From the NCBI GenBank assembly GCA_964495675.1, contig CAZBWF010000001.1, positions 3,114 to 29,929 on the forward strand: 26,816 bases of DNA. The letters are read 5' to 3'. This document shows, piece after piece, positions 16,344-23,963 of the stretch (within the stretch, counting starts at the first letter, position 1; every line of letters starts with the position of its first letter). This DNA comes from an uncultured Gammaproteobacteria bacterium. Lineage in GTDB: Bacteria; Patescibacteriota; Patescibacteriia; UBA2169. The notes under the pieces are model-generated. The model made no database searches and was not told the origin of the DNA. It was given only the letters and a program-made list of their open reading frames with translations. Both the position numbers and the translations under genes were made by a program.

Positions 16344-17690
16344 ATGGCGCGAGAACGCGGGTCGCCCGGGTATCCGGAGGCCGAACAAGAACAACCAATT
16401 GCCGAAACCGAGCGGTCCATTGATCAGGAAATGGCCGAGCTCTACCTTGAGGTGATGCTTTCGGAATACCGAAAGTTCGACGAGGGGAACGATGGCATTG
16501 TCGGCATTGTCGATACGTCGCGTTTTGAGCCGGAATTTCTCGACCGGCTGACCAAGGACAGGGTTGAACAGGACCCCCCGGACGAGCTCGCGTTAAAGAT
16601 ACTGAAAATTTGTTCCCACCCGAGCGCGGCAAAGCGGGAGGCCGCCCTGCAGCAGGCGGCTTTTGTCGCTCTGCGCGATGCCGAAAGCGGCGTCCGGGTT
16701 CCGCAGGTGTACTACGCCGACCAGGTGCAGATAACTCACGAATCCATCCGTGAAAATTTAAGATCCCAGGGCGTGCGGTTGAGCCCTGAACATGCGGTTG
16801 GCATGGTGATGATGGATGTGGCCGAGGGGGAAGATTTTGCTACCTATCTTTATAAAGAAATCGCCACAATGCATCCTAAGTTGCGGGATCTCGGGCAAAT
16901 GATTCAAGAGGGAGGATCCGTGCAAATCAGCGAGCTCATTGACCGGGTGTCCCAGGCGCTTGATTTTCATACTCCAAAGAACCAGTTTGACGATTTTCAG
17001 CAGAGGAGGATTGCAAATGAAAACCAAAAGCGGATTGTTGATTTTTTGTACGAGAATGGGTTTGTGCTGAATGAGGATTTTTTGCAAGCGCTACGGCGCG
17101 GCATTACGGCGCTGAACAAGGCCGGCATACGCCACAACGATCTGCACGAGCGGAACATTATGGGAGTCGTTGATGCGGAGGGCGCCATCGCCTCGCCGAC
17201 TATTATTGATTACGGGCGCTCGACCAAAAGCGGCGCGTTCGAGCAGGGAAAGGCCGAAGGTGCGCTCGACGACATGTACGTATACCACGCCTACAAGCGG
17301 CTGACCATTCCAAGAGAAGAGCGAAAAAAGAAGCAGGACTTAGGCGTACTGCAAGGCGCCGAGCATATGCTCGGCGGCCCTAACCGCGAGGCGTACGAAG
17401 CGTTGCGGCACGCAGTCGCGGACGAGGCGCGCGGCACGTCAGTTGATGCCATTGTTGAGCTGGTTGACGGGTTTGTCGTGGAAACGGGGCGCGTTAAACA
17501 GTATGCTGATGCCGAGCGGTACTGGCGGCTCGCGTGTTCCATTTTCCACGAGCTCGCGGAAGAGCACCCCGCGCTCGCGGGGGCGTTCTCCGCGCACTTG
17601 GAGCAGCAGCTTAAAGAAAACAGGTTTATAAAGGCCTCGTTGCCTGCCCAGCGCATTGTGCGCTCGACCATGCGGCTGATCGCTGGTTAG
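16344..17690 (+). CDS. Atypical protein-kinase-like fold protein (RIO/Bud32/Kdo-kinase-like motifs), function unknown
   Basis: 448 aa; 'DEGNDGIV' Gly-loop, 'ALKIL' Lys, 'AKREA' Glu, 'HNDLHERNIM' catalytic loop, 'IIDYG' metal-binding motif. Confidence 0.75.
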   Translation: MARERGSPGYPEAEQEQPIAETERSIDQEMAELYLEVMLSEYRKFDEGNDGIVGIVDTSRFEPEFLDRLTKDRVEQDPPDELALKILKICSHPSAAKREAALQQAAFVALRDAESGVRVPQVYYADQVQITHESIRENLRSQGVRLSPEHAVGMVMMDVAEGEDFATYLYKEIATMHPKLRDLGQMIQEGGSVQISELIDRVSQALDFHTPKNQFDDFQQRRIANENQKRIVDFLYENGFVLNEDFLQALRRGITALNKAGIRHNDLHERNIMGVVDAEGAIASPTIIDYGRSTKSGAFEQGKAEGALDDMYVYHAYKRLTIPREERKKKQDLGVLQGAEHMLGGPNREAYEALRHAVADEARGTSVDAIVELVDGFVVETGRVKQYADAERYWRLACSIFHELAEEHPALAGAFSAHLEQQLKENRFIKASLPAQRIVRSTMRLIAG

Positions 17691-17695
17691 AATAT

Positions 17696-17732
17696 AAAAA
17701 AACAGACCCGTCCGCTGAATTGAGGACGGGTC
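17696..17732 (-). terminator. Intrinsic terminator of the 63-aa gene
   Basis: Stem GACCCGTCC (17705-17713)/GGACGGGTC (17724-17732), 10-nt loop, followed on the minus strand by TGTTTTTTT. Confidence 0.78.
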
Positions 17733-17922
17733 ATGACGCGAGCTCGTCGAGCGTTGACTCGACGAGCTGTTTCGATACTCGGAAATCGAACGCTTCGAGC
17801 GGTATGGAGCGCTCAACCCCGCCCTTTTTGAGCTTGAGGGCGTTGCCGGCGATCTCCGCTTCAAAGCCGCGCTTGCGCGCGATTTCGAGTATCAGATTGA
17901 TTTTGGACTGGGGTAAATTCAT
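17731..17922 (-). CDS. Small hypothetical protein (63 aa; start moved from 18021), possible HicA/dsRBD-like fold
   Basis: MNLPQSKINLILEIARKRGFEAEIAGNALKLKKGGVERSIPLEAFDFRVSKQLVESTLDELAS*; has a GGAG SD 5 nt upstream, a consensus promoter and its own terminator. Confidence 0.75.
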   Translation of the reverse strand: MNLPQSKINLILEIARKRGFEAEIAGNALKLKKGGVERSIPLEAFDFRVSKQLVESTLDELAS

Positions 17923-17982
17923 TGGGGCTCCATCCGTAGGGGGAGTTATTTGAATGCACCAATCAGAATGAGCAGAATATAA

Positions 17983-18011
17983 ATTATAGCATATCATATT
18001 TTTTTTGTCAA
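17983..18011 (-). promoter_or_regulatory. Consensus sigma70 promoter of the 63-aa gene
   Basis: TTGACA (18011-18006)-N17-TATAAT (17988-17983) with extended TG (TGcTATAAT). Confidence 0.88.
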
Positions 18012-18080
18012 GATGGTGCATTGATTATAGTATGAATAGGCAAGGTTTTCTGCTACACTAAAGTAGCGCTGTGTACAGGT

Positions 18081-19274
18081 ATGGCGAAAAAAACGAATAA
18101 AAATTTTAATCTTCTCGACCGCGGCGTTTCGGACGTTGTGGTGCGCCAAGGATTGGAAAAACTTCTCGCAAGCGGCAAAAAGCTCCGCGTGTATTTTGGC
18201 ATTGACCCCACCTCGCCCAACATCCACCTCGGCAATGCGGTGCCGTTGCGCAAACTCCGCGATTTTCAAAACGCGGGGCACGAGTGCATTCTGCTCGTGG
18301 GCAGTTTCACGGCCCGCATCGGCGACACGTCCGACAAGGATGCCATGCGGCGCCCTTTGGAGCCCAAAGAGATTGCGGCGAATTTTAAGACATACAAGGC
18401 GCAGGCCGCAAAGATTTTAACTATCAAAAAAATCAAAGTCCTCTACAACGACGCGTGGCTCTCGCGCCTCACGTTTGCGGACGTGGCGCGCCTCGCCTCG
18501 GAATTTACGGTTCAGCAGATGGTTGAGCGCGACATGTTCGAGAAGCGGCTCAAAGACGGCAAGCCCATTGGTTTGCACGAATTTTTATATCCCCTGATGC
18601 AGGGGTACGACTCGGTGCACATGGGCGTTGACGTTGAAATCGGCGGCAATGACCAGCTCTTCAACATGCTCGCGGGCCGAACGCTTTTGCGCACGCTCAA
18701 AGGCAAGGAAAAGCACGTGGTGACCACTCCTCTCTTGGAGGGGCTGGACGGCCGAAAGATGTCCAAGTCCTACGGCAACACCGTCAACATTACGGATGAC
18801 CCGGCTGACATGTACGGCAAAATCATGTCAATCGCGGACGAGCTCATTATCACATACTTTGAACTGTGCACGGACGTGCCGTCGAGCGAGATTCACGACA
18901 TCGCCGCAGTGCTCAAGCAGGGCGCCAAGGCGCGGGACGCCAAGGCGCGGCTCGCGTTTGAAATCGTCAAGCTCTACCACGGCCAGCGGGCCGCGGAAGA
19001 GGCGGAGGAGGAGTTCGAGAAGGTGTTCCGCAGAGGCGAAAGGCCGGAGGAGATTAACGTCGTGAAGGTGCGCGGCGCAAAGCACCAAGCGCGCGATTTG
19101 CTTGTGCACCTCGGCATGGCATCATCCAAGTCCGAAGCCGGGCGGCTCATTCAGCAGGGGGGCGTAAAGATTGACGACAAGGTTGTGCGGGACTGGAAAT
19201 GGAGCGTCAGCCCGAAATCCGGCATGGTGGTGCAGGTTGGAAAAAGAAAATTTGTCAAAATAGAAACCACATAA
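18081..19274 (+). CDS. tyrS: Tyrosine--tRNA ligase
   Basis: 397 aa; 'GIDPTSPNIHLGN' (HIGH), 'YPLMQGYD', 'GGNDQLFN', KMSKS, C-terminal S4-like domain. Confidence 0.97.
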   Translation: MAKKTNKNFNLLDRGVSDVVVRQGLEKLLASGKKLRVYFGIDPTSPNIHLGNAVPLRKLRDFQNAGHECILLVGSFTARIGDTSDKDAMRRPLEPKEIAANFKTYKAQAAKILTIKKIKVLYNDAWLSRLTFADVARLASEFTVQQMVERDMFEKRLKDGKPIGLHEFLYPLMQGYDSVHMGVDVEIGGNDQLFNMLAGRTLLRTLKGKEKHVVTTPLLEGLDGRKMSKSYGNTVNITDDPADMYGKIMSIADELIITYFELCTDVPSSEIHDIAAVLKQGAKARDAKARLAFEIVKLYHGQRAAEEAEEEFEKVFRRGERPEEINVVKVRGAKHQARDLLVHLGMASSKSEAGRLIQQGGVKIDDKVVRDWKWSVSPKSGMVVQVGKRKFVKIETT

Positions 19275-19276
19275 CT

Positions 19277-19651
19277 ATGGACATCCAAGACCAGAACAAT
19301 TTTGGAGAGGCAAGTACCCCTGCCGGAAAACCGTGGATGATTATTATAATCGCCGCCGCGCTCGTTGTTATTGCCGGCTCCGCAGCGTGGTGGTATGTGG
19401 CAAGCCGCGAGGAGGCGGTTGCGCTACCGGAAGCGCAGGAGGAACCGGCGCAGTCGGTTGGCGGGCTTGAGCTTTCGCCGGACGCGGCTACTCCGAGCAG
19501 TACTGCCGCGCCGCTTGTAGTTCCGGAAAAAGTTACCACTGATGCGGAAATCGAAGCACTGCTCAAACAGCTTGAGGCCGATGAGGCGGCTGATGATTTT
19601 GACGATGCCGGAGCTGCCGGCTCCTCGGACAGCGATTTGCAATCGTTTTAA
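19277..19651 (+). CDS. Single-pass membrane hypothetical protein with acidic low-complexity tail (124 aa; start moved from 19199)
   Basis: MDIQDQNN..., TM 'WMIIIIAAALVVIAGSAAWWYV', Pro/Ala linker, acidic end 'IEALLKQLEADEAADDFDD'; ATG 2 nt after the tyrS stop. Confidence 0.75.
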   Translation: MDIQDQNNFGEASTPAGKPWMIIIIAAALVVIAGSAAWWYVASREEAVALPEAQEEPAQSVGGLELSPDAATPSSTAAPLVVPEKVTTDAEIEALLKQLEADEAADDFDDAGAAGSSDSDLQSF

Positions 19652-19660
19652 CAAAAAGAT

Positions 19661-21895
19661 ATGTACTTCAAATTTGGCTTATTGTGCGTAGCGCTTCTTG
19701 CCTCCGTCTCCTTGGCGCAAGCCGCAACGCCGGAGGAGCAAATAAACGAAATCAAGCGCCAGGCGGACCGGACGTGCGTGCGGCTCCAGCCCAGAGTGAA
19801 TTCCGCGCTTTTCAGCTTGTCGAGCGCCAACGAACTCACGAGCATTTCCCGAGAGCGAGCCGAGCTCAAAACCGATATTGCGAGCACAACCGATAGCGTG
19901 AAAGCGCGGCTCGACAGCTGGTGCGCAACCATGCGCACCAGCCCCCCGGCCACGCTGGAGGCGGTTTCCGCGCTCGCTGACCAGCTGAATGAAATAAAGG
20001 TCGAAGAGAATTTTCTGCCGACATTCGGGTTGCTTGAGTCATTTGATGCCATACTTGGCGATTTTGTCGAGCTGAAATCAGCTGTTGGCGATGCCACTTC
20101 CGGCGGAATTGTGAAAGATAAAAACGATTTTGCCGGCGGCGTTGCCGGGGCAGCGGCGGATGCCGCCGTCGAGGCGCGCATCAATCAGGCCGTTTCGGAT
20201 GCGCAGACGAAATTGGGCGAAGCGCAATCCGCGCTTCCGCCTGATGAGCTTTTCCGGCAGGCCCCGGCGCAATCCGCGGCGGCCTCGGCAGAAACGCAGA
20301 GGACCATTGACTCCAAAATAAAAGCAGTCAAAAGCGCGGTTGCGGCAGGCAGGGCGCACGTTAAAAAAGCGCGCGCTGATTTGGACGCAAAGCTTGAACG
20401 CGCCGCGCTCGAGAGCGTTTCCCCATCAGGCAAGAGCGCGGCGTATCAAGCGGCGTATGCCGCGGCCCGCGAACGCGTTGCCCAAGCCAAGCGGGGCGCT
20501 ATTCGGAGCGTTGAGTCGAGAATCCGGGGCTTGGGGCGGCTTAAGGGGCTCGTGGAGCAGGCGTCTCTTTTGAGCGAGGGAACGCGCGGTGACTTAGTGG
20601 CGGATGCGAGCTATCGCCTGGGCGTCCTCACCTCCATCAAGAGTGCGCTTGAGGCCGCCGGTGCTGACACCCGCTACTCCGCGATTACGGCCCAAGAGCG
20701 CCGCGTTGCAGAGCTGAAGCTTGATGTGATTGTTCCAGCCATCAATGACATGCTTGAATGGGAGGACGCGCTCGAAATTTTGAACGGCCAAACCACCGCG
20801 AACGCGTCTTTGGAATCCGGGCTTCGTGATTTTGTCGCCATTATGCAAAACGAGCAAAAAAAAGCCGCGATTGCCGCCGCGCTTGGGGCAGCGCGCATGG
20901 CGCCGTTGACGCAGCAGCTTGCGGCCATAAATCTGAACCAATTTAATGATCAGCTGATTGTGACCCAAGCGCAGGCCGTGTTTAACCCCACAGACGCAGA
21001 AGGGAGCGCGGGAAAAACCATGATTACCTCGGGCTCCTCGGCAGAAAGGGACGCCATACTCGTGCATGAGCTCACGCGGCTCATTGATGACTTTCAAAAA
21101 ACCCTTGGCCCGGAGCGAAAAAAGGTGGAGCGCGCGCGCAAGGACTGGCTCGCCTTGGTTAAGGAGGCCGCATCGAGCGGAAAAATTACGGACCTTGCGC
21201 CGTTTGTGGACGATATCCGCGCCCAGAAGATTTTTGACGAGTTTAATGAGCGGCGCGAAACGTTCTACGCGCAGGCGGGCCGGCTGGTGGGGCTCCGGAA
21301 GGGCGCCATTGCAAAAAACGCGGAACGCATAGCCGCCCGTACCGCCATTCCGCAAGCGGCGCGCATTGGCAACAATCTGGCGGATTTCACCTCGGCAGTG
21401 GTCAGCCAGCTGGACGCGCACGAAACAGCCATGCGCGCGACCGCGGACTACCTTGCGCTCCGCGAAAAGGTTCGCGACATCACCACACTCGGCGTCAACA
21501 CGGTGTTTATTCCGGCACAGCGGCTGTATCTTGACGCGGACAAATTTTTCACGCGGCAGGCCGTTCTCCGCGTCATCAGCGGCGCGCTCATCACTCGCGC
21601 GCAGGCCCTACCCGGTTCGCACGCTTCCCGCGATACCTTGGTGCAGCAGGCGCAGGCCGTTGATACCAGAATTTCCAACGTCGGAACACAACTCTCCGCG
21701 GCGCTGACTGGGCCATTGAACCAGGCGCTCGCGCTTCGCGCGAGCGCGCAAACCGCCGCAGATGTTACTGCGGCCGAGGAGCAGCTTGACGCCGCGGCCG
21801 CGGCCATTGGCGCCGCGCGGAAAGAGCTCGGCACCCTGCGGCGGGATGTTTCGAGCTTGCTCCGGAGCATACAGCAAGCCGAGAAAACGCCGTAG
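19661..21895 (+). CDS. Large secreted Ala-rich alpha-helical protein of unknown function
   Basis: 744 aa; signal peptide MYFKFGLLCVALLASVSLAQA with AQA cleavage site; amphipathic helical composition; no recognisable catalytic motif. Confidence 0.8.
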   Translation: MYFKFGLLCVALLASVSLAQAATPEEQINEIKRQADRTCVRLQPRVNSALFSLSSANELTSISRERAELKTDIASTTDSVKARLDSWCATMRTSPPATLEAVSALADQLNEIKVEENFLPTFGLLESFDAILGDFVELKSAVGDATSGGIVKDKNDFAGGVAGAAADAAVEARINQAVSDAQTKLGEAQSALPPDELFRQAPAQSAAASAETQRTIDSKIKAVKSAVAAGRAHVKKARADLDAKLERAALESVSPSGKSAAYQAAYAAARERVAQAKRGAIRSVESRIRGLGRLKGLVEQASLLSEGTRGDLVADASYRLGVLTSIKSALEAAGADTRYSAITAQERRVAELKLDVIVPAINDMLEWEDALEILNGQTTANASLESGLRDFVAIMQNEQKKAAIAAALGAARMAPLTQQLAAINLNQFNDQLIVTQAQAVFNPTDAEGSAGKTMITSGSSAERDAILVHELTRLIDDFQKTLGPERKKVERARKDWLALVKEAASSGKITDLAPFVDDIRAQKIFDEFNERRETFYAQAGRLVGLRKGAIAKNAERIAARTAIPQAARIGNNLADFTSAVVSQLDAHETAMRATADYLALREKVRDITTLGVNTVFIPAQRLYLDADKFFTRQAVLRVISGALITRAQALPGSHASRDTLVQQAQAVDTRISNVGTQLSAALTGPLNQALALRASAQTAADVTAAEEQLDAAAAAIGAARKELGTLRRDVSSLLRSIQQAEKTP

Positions 21896-21898
21896 CGC

Positions 21899-22840
21899 CT
21901 ACAGCGCGCTCGCGCCTTCGCGGTAAAACGCCGCCGCGTCCTCGGGCGCGACGGAGTTGATGATGATGCCCGAGCCGATTTCAATCCCTGCCCAGAACTG
22001 GCCGCGGGGCGTTACTTTAATGTACAGGTGCTGGTCCTCCTCCTCTACCACCTGATGAAAGTAATAGTTGTAGGAGAGCCCCATGGTGCTGATGCGGCCG
22101 AGCACGTGTTTGAGGATTGTGGCGATGGAACGGCGCTCGGCGGCCGTGAGCGCGCTGACGTTGTCCGCCAAGCGCTTGGGCATAATCCAGCACTCATAGT
22201 TGTGCATGGAGGCGTACGGCGCGAAGCAGGCCGCGTGGCGATTTTCCCAGATCGCGCGCGGGCCTTTCATTTCTTTTTTGAGAATGTCGAGATAGGGATG
22301 CGTGCCGCGCTTCAGGCGGTACTCGAGCGTCTTCTGCAGTTTGTCGGCAATGTGGGGCGGCACGAAGCTGGTTGCGAATATTTGGGAATGGGCGTGCCGA
22401 ATGGAGGCGCCGGCCCGGCCCCCGTCGTTTTTAAAGACGAGGATGTAGTTGATGTCCTTAATTTTTTGTATGGCTCGGGTTCTTTCGGCGTAGACCTCAA
22501 GGAGCTCGGCAATGTGGCGCACCGGCAGCTCATCGAGCCCTTGGTTCGGGTCCGGGGTCTCAATGACCACCTCCTGCGTGCCGTAGGCCTTTGGGTTATC
22601 GAGAGTTACGGCCGGAAATTTGTTGCGGACGACCTTTATGCGCCAGGCCCGTTCCCCACCCACCGTGAGGAGCGCTTTTTCCCTTTCTACATTCTTGGGG
22701 TGAAAAATAGATTCCTCCGGATTCTCGTAGGGCTCCACCTGGTGGGGCACTTCCAACTCGTGCGGCCGCCTTCCGCGCCGAGGCGCTATGATAACGTAGT
22801 GGTCCTGCAGGTAATCTTTCCGCAGTTCGGGTTTACGCAT
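21899..22840 (-). CDS. GalT-like (HIT superfamily) sugar-1-phosphate nucleotidyltransferase, 313 aa; start moved from 23074
   Basis: 'ELRKDYLQDHYVIIAPRRGRRP', 'VVRNKFPA', 'EVVIETPD', 'FKNDGGRAGASIRHAHSQIFA' (HxHxQ). Substrate not certain, so no galT symbol given. Confidence 0.88.
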   Translation of the reverse strand: MRKPELRKDYLQDHYVIIAPRRGRRPHELEVPHQVEPYENPEESIFHPKNVEREKALLTVGGERAWRIKVVRNKFPAVTLDNPKAYGTQEVVIETPDPNQGLDELPVRHIAELLEVYAERTRAIQKIKDINYILVFKNDGGRAGASIRHAHSQIFATSFVPPHIADKLQKTLEYRLKRGTHPYLDILKKEMKGPRAIWENRHAACFAPYASMHNYECWIMPKRLADNVSALTAAERRSIATILKHVLGRISTMGLSYNYYFHQVVEEEDQHLYIKVTPRGQFWAGIEIGSGIIINSVAPEDAAAFYREGASAL

Positions 22841-23963
22841 GGCGGTTGCTTTTAATGACGTTATGGTATGCTGTTTCGTATTCCTCCACCATGCGTTCGG
22901 GCGAAAAATGCTTCTCAACATGCGCCCTGCACGCGCGCCGCATGGCTTGGTAGTCCGCTTCCGGCATGGCGTACAATTTTTTGACGCTTGCCGCCATCTC
23001 GCGCTCATTTCTGACGATGAAGCCGGTGACGCCGTTTTTAATAACTTCCGGCACCGAGCCGCGCTTGAACGCAAGTACCGGCGTGCCGCATGCCATTGCT
23101 TCTATCATCACGAGTCCAAATGGTTCATCCCATTGAATGGGGAAGAGGAGGGCCTTGGCTTTTTTGAGGAATGCAAAGCGGCGATTGCCCGCGAGCATGC
23201 CAAGATCAATTGCGTCCCCCTTCGCAACGGCCTGCCCATCCGTTTCGTTTCCGCTCCTGCCAGCCATTTTGAGCGGCAGATTTGCTTTTTGCGCTACCCG
23301 CACGGCAACGTCAAGACCCTTTTCCGGCGCGTACCGTCCCAAAAACGCAAGGTAGTTTTCCGGGCGTTCGCCGAACGGTATGGCGCGAACGTTAATGCCG
23401 TGGTGAATGACTGCCACCCAGTTCAATCGCGCGCGTTTTTTTTGGTTATGCGAGATGGCAATGTACCGGTGCTGGGCAAACCGCTCGGTTCGCCACCGCT
23501 CAATGCTTCCGGCCGGACGAATCGGGTCGTGCACCGTATAGAGCGTGGGGCTGCCGGTTGCTTCTTCAAAATAGTGCGCGAAGTCGTTGTGATACGAGTG
23601 GATAAGGTCAAGTTCTCCCCGTACTGCCATGCGGTAGGCGCGCGCGGTCAGATCCAGCTCGTATTCGCGCTTGCTCGAGTAGAGGAGCGCGAGCGAGCGT
23701 TCCGGCTCGCGCGGCGGCTGGTTTTTTGCCTGAGAGAGTTTTTGCTCGATGAACCGATCTTCGCCGGAAACGAGCCGCGCGTCAGTGCGCGTGCCAGGGG
23801 CGGCAAAAAGCGTTACGCGGTGGCCGCGCCGAGCGAGCCCGTCCGCGAGCGAAATGGCGAGTTCTCGGGGCGCAAAAATCCGATTCCCGAACCGCTTGGC
23901 TGACATGTACACCGAGGGAACCAGGATGCCGATGGCAAATTTGTTACGGCGTTTTTGTCCCAT
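22833..23963 (-). CDS. GT4 glycosyltransferase (resembles the AviGT4-like subgroup)
   Basis: 376 aa; 'FLGRYAPEKGLDVAVRVA', 'EPFGLVMIEAMACGTPV'. Confidence 0.9.
   Translation of the reverse strand: MGQKRRNKFAIGILVPSVYMSAKRFGNRIFAPRELAISLADGLARRGHRVTLFAAPGTRTDARLVSGEDRFIEQKLSQAKNQPPREPERSLALLYSSKREYELDLTARAYRMAVRGELDLIHSYHNDFAHYFEEATGSPTLYTVHDPIRPAGSIERWRTERFAQHRYIAISHNQKKRARLNWVAVIHHGINVRAIPFGERPENYLAFLGRYAPEKGLDVAVRVAQKANLPLKMAGRSGNETDGQAVAKGDAIDLGMLAGNRRFAFLKKAKALLFPIQWDEPFGLVMIEAMACGTPVLAFKRGSVPEVIKNGVTGFIVRNEREMAASVKKLYAMPEADYQAMRRACRAHVEKHFSPERMVEEYETAYHNVIKSNRHA

Noticed and set aside
18012-18080. T-box leader upstream of tyrS
   Set aside because: The gap is far too short and holds divergent promoter elements; no T-box motif seen.
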